56,054 bases of DNA from a virus (lineage: Duplodnaviria; Caudoviricetes). The position numbers were made by a program, and so were the translations under genes. The stretch covers positions 1 through 56,054 of IMG/VR virus record IMGVR_UViG_3300025138_000048. One strand, given 5' to 3'. Below are positions 19,278 through 27,832 of this stretch, piece after piece. Under the pieces are notes generated by a model, which searched no databases, had not been told where the DNA came from, and was given only the letters and a program-made list of their open reading frames with translations. Numbering within the stretch: position 1 is the stretch's first letter; every line of letters begins with the position of its first letter.

Positions 19278-20162
19278 ATGAAAATATTAATAACAGGTTC
19301 TACAGGGTTTGTAGGTAAACATTTAGTAAAAAGGCTAAAAAAAGAAAGTTGTGATATTACAGAAATAAATTCAACAAATTTCAGTAGTATGTGGTCGTTA
19401 GAAAAAAATAGTTATGATTATATTATACACTTAGCAGTTAAAACAGCAGCAGGAGGATATTGTCAAACACATCCAGGTGAACAATGGATAGTAAATAATA
19501 GTATTAATACTGATATGTTAGCTTACTTTCAACAATATCAACAAAGAGCTACTATGATTACATTTGGATCTTCATGTGGTTATAATGGAAGTGTTAGAAA
19601 GATAGAAGAAAATTATTTAAAAAATGAACCTGAGAGCGGATATGAAGTATACGGGATGGTTAAAAGAAATTTACTAACAGGACTTATAGCATTAAAAAAA
19701 GAATTTGGTATGGATTACAGGTACCTTATACCTTCAGTATTTTATGGTCCTGAATATGATTTAAAAGATAAACATTTTATATTTGATTTAATAAGGAAAA
19801 TAGTAGATGCTAAAAATGGAGGTGATGAAGTAATACTTTGGGGTGATGGAACTCAAACAAGAGAATTAATTTATATTGATGATGCTGTAGATATAATATT
19901 ACAATCAATTTCACCTAAAACCCCAAAAATATTTAACTTATCATCAGGTAAATCTTATAAATTAAAGGATTATGCTAAAACGATTTGTGATATAGTGGGG
20001 TATGATTATAATTTAATCAAATGGGATGTAAATGCTTTTGTAGGATCAAAAAATAAAAAATTAGTTAATACACACTTAAAAGGTTATAAATTTACTTCCT
20101 TAAAAAAGGGATTGAAAAATACAATTAAATATTATGAAAATAGCATCAGTAGTAGTAAATAG
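19278..20162 (+). CDS. GDP-L-fucose synthase-like epimerase/reductase
   Basis: ITGSTGFVG, GSSCGY, YGMVK, LWGDGTQTRELIYIDD. Confidence 0.75.
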   Translation: MKILITGSTGFVGKHLVKRLKKESCDITEINSTNFSSMWSLEKNSYDYIIHLAVKTAAGGYCQTHPGEQWIVNNSINTDMLAYFQQYQQRATMITFGSSCGYNGSVRKIEENYLKNEPESGYEVYGMVKRNLLTGLIALKKEFGMDYRYLIPSVFYGPEYDLKDKHFIFDLIRKIVDAKNGGDEVILWGDGTQTRELIYIDDAVDIILQSISPKTPKIFNLSSGKSYKLKDYAKTICDIVGYDYNLIKWDVNAFVGSKNKKLVNTHLKGYKFTSLKKGLKNTIKYYENSISSSK

Positions 20163-21006
20163 AAATGATGGATATAAAGACTTTAAAAGAGGAATAATAC
20201 ATTTTAGATTCATGACTGAGTCTTTTGATGAAGTTAATTATGTAGATTGGAATTCTCCTAATGGATCTTTTATATGGGAAATAGAAAATAAATTATCTAA
20301 TAAAGGTAAAATTAAACATTATTGTATCCCACCTGATATAGTTCAACAAATGATTATGGACAAAAATGCTCAGAAATGTAATGAGTCTTTAAGTAGAAAT
20401 ATTGCTATTAGAAGAAGCGATGCTGATTGGATTATTTCAACAAACATAGATATAATTCCACCAACAAGGAGAGAATTAAAAAATCTTATAAAGGGTTTAA
20501 ATAAAAATACATTTTATACAGTATCTAGAAGGGAAGCTCCTAAAGAGATTATATATAACAATTCTCACAATAATTTAAGAGGGTCACTAACAACAATTCC
20601 AGCAAGACATTTTCCAGCTAAAGTAACACCTAATGATAATTATAGTTTAATAAATTGTTGTGGGGATTTTCAAATAGCTCATAAAGATGTTTGGAATAAA
20701 TTAAAAGGATTTGAGGAAGAAATGATATATGCATGTTTTGTAGATACGAATGTTCAAAAGAAAGCAGTATTAAATGATTTTGATTTAAAAGTATTGTATG
20801 AACCTGCTTTGTATCATATGGAACATGGAGCTTATTTTACTAAAGAGGATGGTACTAGAGTAAGTGATGAAAATAATGTAGGAGCATTTAAGGGGGATAA
20901 TAAAGCATACAATGATGCTTATAAATGGGTTGAAAATTTTAATAAAACTAATAATGATAAAAATTGGGGCTTAGGAAATGTTGATATAGAAGTAGAGATT
21001 ATTTAA
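20134..21006 (+). CDS. Putative GT-A fold glycosyltransferase
   Basis: RNDGY, RNIAIRR..ADWIISTNID, GDFQ, GFEE. Confidence 0.7.
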   Translation: MKIASVVVNRNDGYKDFKRGIIHFRFMTESFDEVNYVDWNSPNGSFIWEIENKLSNKGKIKHYCIPPDIVQQMIMDKNAQKCNESLSRNIAIRRSDADWIISTNIDIIPPTRRELKNLIKGLNKNTFYTVSRREAPKEIIYNNSHNNLRGSLTTIPARHFPAKVTPNDNYSLINCCGDFQIAHKDVWNKLKGFEEEMIYACFVDTNVQKKAVLNDFDLKVLYEPALYHMEHGAYFTKEDGTRVSDENNVGAFKGDNKAYNDAYKWVENFNKTNNDKNWGLGNVDIEVEII

Positions 21007-21014
21007 TATTTATA

Positions 21015-21365
21015 ATGGAATCTCTTAAATACTATACTATGGAAAAGAAAATGGAATCTAAAAAAGTTGAAGCAACAAGTATAGAAATTATATATAATGA
21101 TAAAGAGGATTTAGTAGAATTATCTAATAAGGAAGAATTTAAACAATTTATATTAGAAGATAGTTTAACCTCAATCATATCAGCATTAGAAAAAAAATTA
21201 ACAAGTGTAGAACTATTCAATATATTTAATTTATCTTTAGTAATTGAGTTAGATAAATCTAAATATAAGGATGTACTTAATAATATAATACAACATTATA
21301 TTAATGAGGAAGATTATGAAAAATGTAAAGAAATACAAGACATAATAATTAAATATGAGATATAA
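21015..21365 (+). CDS. Hypothetical protein with C-terminal EDYEKC (UVR-like) motif
   Basis: HYINEEDYEKCKEIQ; ATATTTATAA upstream. Confidence 0.7.
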   Translation: MESLKYYTMEKKMESKKVEATSIEIIYNDKEDLVELSNKEEFKQFILEDSLTSIISALEKKLTSVELFNIFNLSLVIELDKSKYKDVLNNIIQHYINEEDYEKCKEIQDIIIKYEI

Positions 21366-21510
21366 ATACTATTCAAAACACAGTCAATTAAAAGATGCTT
21401 TAGGTTATATAAATGCATCTAATCAATCAGAAGCTGAATTATTAGCTTCTAAAATAAAGCAATTAAGGTTAGAACAATTTTTAGAATTGTTTAAAGTAGA
21501 ATTAGCATAA
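21355..21510 (+). CDS. Small hypothetical protein (51 aa, not in ORF track)
   Basis: MRYKYYSKH...FKVELA; its stop overlaps the next ATG. Confidence 0.6.
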   Translation: MRYKYYSKHSQLKDALGYINASNQSEAELLASKIKQLRLEQFLELFKVELA

Positions 21511-21908
21511 TGGGTGAGGAATTTTCTGATAAAGATGATGTAAAAAAATTATTTGAAAGTATATTAGGTTCTAATATTAACATAAAAGATACTATGGTAA
21601 TTAATGATGAATCTATATTTTGTTTAATTGTAAATAAATTAGATAAAGCACATAAAGATGATGAAGCTTTATATGAATTGTCTGGAATGGATTTGTCTAG
21701 ATGTAAAGAAGATTTATTATTTGTTATTGAGGCATTGTTAAAGATTTCATATGGCCAGGATGCCTTTGACATGATTATGTGGTACATTTTAGATAGATTT
21801 AACCCAGATGGTAAAATAGTTCCGTTTGAAGATGAAAAAGGCAAAGTATTTTCTTTATTAACAGCTAAAGATTTATATGCATTTGTTAAGCATCGTTTCC
21901 CTAAATAA
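21510..21908 (+). CDS. Hypothetical protein
   Basis: 132-aa ORF. Confidence 0.65.
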   Translation: MGEEFSDKDDVKKLFESILGSNINIKDTMVINDESIFCLIVNKLDKAHKDDEALYELSGMDLSRCKEDLLFVIEALLKISYGQDAFDMIMWYILDRFNPDGKIVPFEDEKGKVFSLLTAKDLYAFVKHRFPK

Positions 21909-21940
21909 TTTGGATATTTAATATATAGTTCGTATATTTG
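21909..21940 (+). promoter_or_regulatory. Bacteroidota sigma-A promoter
   Basis: TTTGG(21909)...TTCGTATATTTG; exact TTTG and TAnnTTTG consensus. Confidence 0.75.
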
Positions 21941-21974
21941 CGTAGAATTTTAAGAGTTGCGTATAATTATGACT

Positions 21975-22226
21975 ATGGAAAATATTAAAATGATAAAATG
22001 TATATCCTGCGGAGCAGATATGCCAGAATTAAGATTAACTAAGTATGGGTATAAGGTTTGTATAGACTGTTCAACAACAGGTGCGTATAGAGCTGTAACA
22101 ACTGTAAATGGGTCAGGAGACCATACATGGAATGATATACAAATCATGACACCAGAACAATATGACAATTATGAAAAAAATGATAAATCTTCATTAAAAG
22201 AACTAAAGTCATTAAATAAAGAATAA
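21975..22226 (+). CDS. DksA/TraR-type C4 zinc-finger protein
   Basis: CISCGADMPELRL...CIDC; start uncertain (21969/21975/21990). Confidence 0.7.
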   Translation: MENIKMIKCISCGADMPELRLTKYGYKVCIDCSTTGAYRAVTTVNGSGDHTWNDIQIMTPEQYDNYEKNDKSSLKELKSLNKE

Positions 22227-22227
22227 T

Positions 22228-22854
22228 ATGCCATTACCAAAACCTTTAAATAAGGAATTAATTGTAGCAGCTATGGGGAAAACAAAATCTAATAGAGCTG
22301 CTGCACGCTATTTAAATGTTTCTTATGTGCATTATAAAAAATGGGCTAAATTATATGAAAGTAAAACTCATGATAATTTATTTGAACAGCATAAAAATCA
22401 ATCTGGGAAAGGTATTCCTAAATTTTTAAGAAATAAAGGTAAAGAACCTGCATTAATAGATATAATTGAAGGGAGAATTGATGTTTCATCATTTTCACCT
22501 GAAAAATTAAAATATAGACTTATAACAGAAGGTCATTTATTAGAAGAATGTGCCTCTTGTGGTTTTCAAGAACGTAGAGTTTTAGATTATAAAATGCCAC
22601 TTCTTTTAAATTTTAAGGATAATAACAAAAAAAATTGGAGAAAAGAAAATATTGAATTACTTTGTTATAATCATTATTTTTTAACAGTAGGAAACATATT
22701 TTCAGATAAACAAATTAAAGGAATAGAAGATCATAAACCAGTTAATAAAGGTGATGTAGAATGGGAATTAGATGATTATCAAAGACAAAGATTAATTGAG
22801 TTAGGTTTAGAAAAAGAAGAAGATGATGGTTTAAATTTAGTATCATATACATAA
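22228..22854 (+). CDS. HTH + degenerate HNH-like protein
   Basis: SNRAAARYLNVS helix-turn-helix; CASC...ENIELLCYNH. Confidence 0.6.
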   Translation: MPLPKPLNKELIVAAMGKTKSNRAAARYLNVSYVHYKKWAKLYESKTHDNLFEQHKNQSGKGIPKFLRNKGKEPALIDIIEGRIDVSSFSPEKLKYRLITEGHLLEECASCGFQERRVLDYKMPLLLNFKDNNKKNWRKENIELLCYNHYFLTVGNIFSDKQIKGIEDHKPVNKGDVEWELDDYQRQRLIELGLEKEEDDGLNLVSYT

Positions 22855-22855
22855 A

Positions 22856-23032
22856 ATGGTAAAAAAAACAAGAAATATAAAAAAGAAAAAACATGATCAA
22901 ATAATTAATGATTATGATAAAATTAAATCAAGACATCTTGAAAAGTTAGCTAATAAAATGCTTAAAGATGAAGAAAAAAGAGATAATTTAAGAAGTAAAA
23001 ATATTAAAGGAGATTTTTTAAATAAATTTTAA
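22856..23032 (+). CDS. Small basic hypothetical protein (58 aa, not in ORF track)
   Basis: MVKKTRNIKKKKHDQ...FLNKF fills the gap exactly. Confidence 0.6.
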   Translation: MVKKTRNIKKKKHDQIINDYDKIKSRHLEKLANKMLKDEEKRDNLRSKNIKGDFLNKF

Positions 23033-23033
23033 A

Positions 23034-23330
23034 ATGGTGATGAAGATAAGTGTAGAGGATGTTAGTGAATTCGAACAGTTAATGAAGGATAAAGATTTAA
23101 ATATATCTAAAGGAATTGTAGAAGGAATTTTAAAAAATTTAATTGGTAAAAGAAAAAATATTCATGTACTAGAGGTTTATATTGAAGATGAAGATTCTAT
23201 AGTTGATATAACAGTACATAGAGATGATTTTATTATGACGTTAGAAGAAGGTTTAAAAACCCATATACATCATGAAGATTATGAATCATGCTCAGGAATA
23301 CAAAAAGCAATTAATTACTTAAAAGGATAA
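23034..23330 (+). CDS. Hypothetical protein with C-terminal EDYESC motif
   Basis: HHEDYESCSGIQKAI. Confidence 0.7.
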   Translation: MVMKISVEDVSEFEQLMKDKDLNISKGIVEGILKNLIGKRKNIHVLEVYIEDEDSIVDITVHRDDFIMTLEEGLKTHIHHEDYESCSGIQKAINYLKG

Positions 23331-23332
23331 AA

Positions 23333-23884
23333 ATGAGAAGAAAAATTAAAATTACATTATTTGCAGTATTAATAATAATAAATTATATCTACATATTTAA
23401 AATATGTAACCAAAATGATGAATTAAAGTCAATAACTATTGATTATAAAAACCAAATTGAAGATTATTATCATAAAGTAGATAGTTTAGAAAAAGAAATA
23501 GATACTATGGTATTTCATCAAGAAATGTCAAAATTTAATATTACTCAAGAAGATGTATTAAATGCTATTATGTTTATTGAATCCGCAAATAATGATAAAG
23601 CATATGTTGAAAGCGAAGATGCTGTGGGTTGTTTACAAATTAGAAAAGTAATGGTTGATGATGTAAATAGAATATTAAAAAGACAAGATTCACCTATAAG
23701 GTTTACATATAATGATAGGTGGGATAGAAAAAAATCAATATCAATATTTAATATATTTTGTACTTATTATGGATTAGACACACCAGAAGATATGGCTAGA
23801 GGATGGAATGGTGGTCCTAGAGGAATGAATCGATCAACAACTTTGTCATATTGGTCTAAAGTTAAAGACTATTTAGAAAGTTAA
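23333..23884 (+). CDS. Membrane-anchored lysozyme-like muramidase/lytic transglycosylase
   Basis: N-terminal TM helix and coiled coil; AIMFIES (catalytic Glu), GCLQI, ARGWNGGPRG. Confidence 0.75.
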   Translation: MRRKIKITLFAVLIIINYIYIFKICNQNDELKSITIDYKNQIEDYYHKVDSLEKEIDTMVFHQEMSKFNITQEDVLNAIMFIESANNDKAYVESEDAVGCLQIRKVMVDDVNRILKRQDSPIRFTYNDRWDRKKSISIFNIFCTYYGLDTPEDMARGWNGGPRGMNRSTTLSYWSKVKDYLES

Positions 23885-23901
23885 TATATTTATAACGAAA
23901 A

Positions 23902-24042
23902 ATGGCAAGATCATTAGTAGCATCTAACTATGCAAAACCCTCAAAGAAAAAAAGACCAGGTGTACATGCAAAAACAAAAACATCTAGGTCTAAAAATAGT
24001 GTAAATTATAAAAAAGCATATAGAGGACAAGGTAAAATTTAA
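23902..24042 (+). CDS. Small highly basic protein (46 aa, not in ORF track)
   Basis: MARSLVASNYAKPSKKKRPGVHAKTKTSRSKNSVNYKKAYRGQGKI; ATATTTATAAC upstream. Confidence 0.7.
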   Translation: MARSLVASNYAKPSKKKRPGVHAKTKTSRSKNSVNYKKAYRGQGKI

Positions 24043-24233
24043 TGGAAAAAACAGAATCAATATTTAAAGATTTAACATTTACAGACATTTTTGAAACATT
24101 TGAAGATGATTATTTGGTTCTATTAGCATCCACAAAACCAGAACAATTAACAAGAATGTGTGTGTTTTTAAGTATAGATCTCCAAATGAGAAAAGAAAAA
24201 TTAAAAGCAACACCAAGAGAAAAATTAAATTAA
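24042..24233 (+). CDS. Hypothetical protein
   Basis: 63-aa ORF. Confidence 0.6.
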   Translation: MEKTESIFKDLTFTDIFETFEDDYLVLLASTKPEQLTRMCVFLSIDLQMRKEKLKATPREKLN

Positions 24234-24234
24234 T

Positions 24235-25056
24235 ATGAAAAAGTTAAAAGAGTGGCATAAAAATTATTATTACGGTTTACTAGAGCAGTGGGACATTTCA
24301 TCATATCAAGCATCATGGTTATCTTGGTTTAAAGGATTTATTATTGGTCTTATAGTAGTAACACTATGTAGTTGTGGTACTTACAAAGCGGCTCCAGTAG
24401 ATAAGTGTTGTGAGACTGAAGTAGTTTATTTAGATGAGATCGAAGATGGAACAACTGTATTTACTAGTTATGATAGTGCTATTATACGTTTAGAATTTAA
24501 ACCTTTAAGACCAAATTTTTATTTTGGATTTAATAATAATTATGGACATTGGAGTTCAAGACCTTTATGGTTAGACTTTGATTTTTATCAAGGTAATTAT
24601 TATTCATATAATAGTCCATATTATTCATATTTCCACAGACCCTGGAATTTTTGGGATTATTATTTAAGACCTTGGACACCATCTAATAATTGGTATCAAG
24701 GACCTTTCAATAATCAAGAATACAATGTTGTTTATAATTCAAGTAGAAGAGAAAGTTTAATAGAGTCTAATAGAATGTCTATAGAAGATAGACAAGGTAT
24801 TGCTGCTATGGTAGAAACTTCTAAAAGAAATAATTTTTACAAACCTGTTACTAATGACAAACCTGTAATTATAAATAAACCAGTAGTTAATAATAATAAA
24901 CCTATTTGGAATAATACTAAACCTATTATTAGAAATAACAACAACCCTGTTAGAAATAACAACAAACCTGTATATAACAATTCAAGACCTAGTTATAACA
25001 TTAAACCGAATACCAATACCAAATCATCTTCTTCTCGTAAAGGTGGTAAAAATTAA
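24235..25056 (+). CDS. Putative lipoprotein with aromatic-rich core and N/K/P-rich repeat tail
   Basis: Hydrophobic stretch then LCSC lipobox; Y/W/F-rich middle; KP(V/I)xNN repeats. Confidence 0.65.
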   Translation: MKKLKEWHKNYYYGLLEQWDISSYQASWLSWFKGFIIGLIVVTLCSCGTYKAAPVDKCCETEVVYLDEIEDGTTVFTSYDSAIIRLEFKPLRPNFYFGFNNNYGHWSSRPLWLDFDFYQGNYYSYNSPYYSYFHRPWNFWDYYLRPWTPSNNWYQGPFNNQEYNVVYNSSRRESLIESNRMSIEDRQGIAAMVETSKRNNFYKPVTNDKPVIINKPVVNNNKPIWNNTKPIIRNNNNPVRNNNKPVYNNSRPSYNIKPNTNTKSSSSRKGGKN

Positions 25057-25064
25057 AAAATAAA

Positions 25065-25355
25065 ATGACACATACTTGGAAAATAACAGAGCTAGTAAGC
25101 AATGCTTCTACTGGGCTCGTGACGAAGGCTTACTATAAACATACAACAGAACATAATGGTGCTATATTTGATGGAGTAATTGGAGATTTCTTCCCAACTG
25201 GATCTGTTACAGACCCAGGATTTATCACATATAGTTCTTTAACTGAAAGTGATGTATTAACATGGTTAAATACATATGTAGATAAAACCATATCAGAAAC
25301 TAAATTAGAAAACAAAATTAATAATTTAGAAATTTTTAAAGGACTTCCTTGGTAA
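25065..25355 (+). CDS. Hypothetical phage protein
   Basis: TWKI...FITYSSLTESDVLTW...GLPW pattern, reminiscent of small tail-associated phage proteins. Confidence 0.6.
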   Translation: MTHTWKITELVSNASTGLVTKAYYKHTTEHNGAIFDGVIGDFFPTGSVTDPGFITYSSLTESDVLTWLNTYVDKTISETKLENKINNLEIFKGLPW

Positions 25356-25546
25356 TGACAGCATATATTGTTATAACATTATTTTTATTCAAAATTTCCA
25401 TTGGATTTATAGGATATAGAATATATAAAATAGAAAAAGGTTTTAAAAATTTAAAAAAAGAAAATGAGGAGTTTCAAAAATTAGAACAAACAAAAAGAGA
25501 AATTGGTTGGGATAGTGTTTGGAAAATGGTGAATGGAAGAAATTAA
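25349..25546 (+). CDS. Small membrane protein
   Basis: N-terminal TM helix and coiled coil; start probably ATG 25355. Confidence 0.55.
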   Translation: MVMTAYIVITLFLFKISIGFIGYRIYKIEKGFKNLKKENEEFQKLEQTKREIGWDSVWKMVNGRN

Positions 25547-25568
25547 TAATAATCAAAAACAAATTAAA

Positions 25569-26579
25569 ATGAAATTTATATTATCAATACTGCTGAGCAT
25601 ATTCTGCTTAGTTAGTACAGGACAGACTATTGTCTCAACAACCCCAGAAAATAAAAACGCTATACTAGAAGAATTCACAGGTATTTACTGTGTATATTGT
25701 CCAGATGGACATTTAATTGCAAATAATTTAAAATATTCCTACCCTAATGATTTATTTTTACTAAATTTACATACAGGAGGATACGCTAACCCAGGTCAAA
25801 GTGGTGATCCTGATTTTAGGGTTTTAGAAAATGATAGTATTGCTGATTTATCAAGTTTAGCTGGTTACCCAGCAGGAACGGTTAATAGATACCAATTTCC
25901 AATGTCTCAAGGTGGTGGTACTGCAATGAGTAGAGGAGATTGGGCAGATGCAGTTCAAGATATTATATCTCAACCTTCATATTTAAATGTTGGTATATTA
26001 GCTGAACATGATACTTTAAATGATTATATTAACATTACAGCTGAAGTTTATTATACAGATTCTTTAGAAATAGATGGTTTTGGGTTTCAAGATGTAAACT
26101 ATTTAAACATAGTATTAACACAAGACAGTGTATTAGGACCTCAAACAGGTGGTTCGCAATACAACCCAGGAGCTATTGTACCCGGTCCTTGGCAACCAAC
26201 TTATTCACATCAACATATGGTAAGAGAGTACATTACAGGACAATGGGGTGTACAGTTAAATAATATGAATACACTTGTATATCCTGGTGATCTTTTTACT
26301 AATACTTTTACATATTATATTCCAAATAATATTAATGATATTATATTTGACATTAATAATATAAAGGTAACTGCATATGTAACTGAAAACCCATTTGGAG
26401 AAATAGTAACAGGTACAGGTTGTAACATAACTTTACCAGCTCCTCCACCAGTATCTGTAGCAGAAGTACTATCTAACATAAATGATAATGAAATTTATGA
26501 TATTTTTGGAAGAATTATAAATAATACACAAAAAAATACACTTTATATTAAAAATGGTGCAAAGTTTATAATATTTTAA
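25569..26579 (+). CDS. Omp28-related secreted/outer-membrane protein with T9SS-like C-terminal signal
   Basis: Signal peptide MKFILSILL...; LEEFTGIYCVYCPDG thioredoxin-like motif; HQHMVR...GQWG; C-terminal IYDIFGR...LYIKNGAKFII. Confidence 0.8.
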   Translation: MKFILSILLSIFCLVSTGQTIVSTTPENKNAILEEFTGIYCVYCPDGHLIANNLKYSYPNDLFLLNLHTGGYANPGQSGDPDFRVLENDSIADLSSLAGYPAGTVNRYQFPMSQGGGTAMSRGDWADAVQDIISQPSYLNVGILAEHDTLNDYINITAEVYYTDSLEIDGFGFQDVNYLNIVLTQDSVLGPQTGGSQYNPGAIVPGPWQPTYSHQHMVREYITGQWGVQLNNMNTLVYPGDLFTNTFTYYIPNNINDIIFDINNIKVTAYVTENPFGEIVTGTGCNITLPAPPPVSVAEVLSNINDNEIYDIFGRIINNTQKNTLYIKNGAKFIIF

Positions 26580-26609
26580 AACATCTTCTTAAAAACTTAT
26601 GCGAAAGAA

Positions 26610-26661
26610 TTTGGTTCCCCAAAATACCTTTCGTATATTTATGTCATAAATAAAGGTTATG
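26610..26661 (+). promoter_or_regulatory. Early promoter and leader
   Basis: TTTGG(26610)-N15-TTCGTATATTT; AAATAAAGGTTATG at the start codon. Confidence 0.75.
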
Positions 26662-27099
26662 GCACTTTGGAAATTTACAAATAAGAATAAATACGGTACA
26701 TTACGTTCAAGAATCATGTATAGACCCAATGGAAAAGCATTTTCACATGGTCCTGGATTTGGTTCATTTGTTAATGTACAGATGTTTAGATACGAGTATA
26801 AACATGAAATATTACCACCACATTTAGTTGTATTTGGCGATAAAAAGTATATTGTACCTACATGGCAAGAAGTAGATATAAATACAACTGTGGATGATAT
26901 TACATGGATAAAACCAAAACCAGTAATTACAAGATCAGAAACAGTTATAAAAACATTTAAAAGTGGTAGTAGTGATACTACATATACTACAAAATATTAC
27001 CCAACATCAGGTAAATATTTTTGTGATTGTCCTGGGTCTTGGAGATCGTTAGGTAATTGTAAACATATAAAACAAATGAGAGATGATAAAAAACATTAA
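26659..27099 (+). CDS. SWIM zinc-finger protein
   Basis: C-terminal CDCPG...CKH. Confidence 0.75.
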   Translation: MALWKFTNKNKYGTLRSRIMYRPNGKAFSHGPGFGSFVNVQMFRYEYKHEILPPHLVVFGDKKYIVPTWQEVDINTTVDDITWIKPKPVITRSETVIKTFKSGSSDTTYTTKYYPTSGKYFCDCPGSWRSLGNCKHIKQMRDDKKH

Positions 27100-27259
27100 A
27101 AACCACTTATTAACATATCTATTTTCAGATTGGATGACAAATGAAAAGGATGTATCTAAGATTATTAGTTTGAAAGATACACTTCAAACTCAACAAAATG
27201 AATTAACAGGGCATAAACCAATAATTGGATTTAGCCAATCACGAAATAAAATCAATTAA
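27083..27259 (+). CDS. Small hypothetical protein (58 aa, not in ORF track)
   Basis: MIKNIKNHLL...RNKIN fills the gap. Confidence 0.5.
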   Translation: MIKNIKNHLLTYLFSDWMTNEKDVSKIISLKDTLQTQQNELTGHKPIIGFSQSRNKIN

Positions 27260-27260
27260 T

Positions 27261-27398
27261 ATGAATCAGCAAGAAGAAGATCGTCAATTTAGACAAGGTA
27301 GAAGTAAAGAACAAGTAAAATCCAGTTATATAGGAGCATCAATTGCCATGGTTGGGTTAATTATATTATCAATATTAGCAGTAATATTTTCACAATGA
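27261..27398 (+). CDS. Small membrane protein (45 aa, not in ORF track)
   Basis: MNQQEEDRQ...IGASIAMVGLIILSILAVIFSQ; ATGA overlap with the next gene. Confidence 0.6.
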   Translation: MNQQEEDRQFRQGRSKEQVKSSYIGASIAMVGLIILSILAVIFSQ

Positions 27399-27805
27399 GT
27401 AGAGGTAGACCAACAGAACAAGTAGAAGTAAGAACAAAATACGAACAAGTATTTTATGAATATCCTTCTAAACCAGAATTAGGTTATACTATGACTTGGT
27501 TTTATGATATATCAAAAGCACCTAATGGTCCTTATAAAACAGAATGTACATATCCTCGTAGTTTTAAATTTCCTAAAGTGAAAATAGAAAAAAATAAGGC
27601 ATATAGTAAAATGCCAGTTGTGTTAGTTTTCAAGACTTCTAATAGAAGTAACGCAAAAACTAAAATGAAAGTTTGGAGGAATACAAATATAGATTATATA
27701 GCATCTGCCGATAAACTTCCAGGTGTTCCTGAAAAAGCAATAATATTACATTTATCGATTGGTGAAGGTTTTATTAAAAAATATAAACAGGAATATAATC
27801 TTTAA
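27395..27805 (+). CDS. Hypothetical protein
   Basis: 136-aa ORF. Confidence 0.65.
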   Translation: MSRGRPTEQVEVRTKYEQVFYEYPSKPELGYTMTWFYDISKAPNGPYKTECTYPRSFKFPKVKIEKNKAYSKMPVVLVFKTSNRSNAKTKMKVWRNTNIDYIASADKLPGVPEKAIILHLSIGEGFIKKYKQEYNL

Positions 27806-27832
27806 TATGTATAATAAAAGAACAAAAAGATA

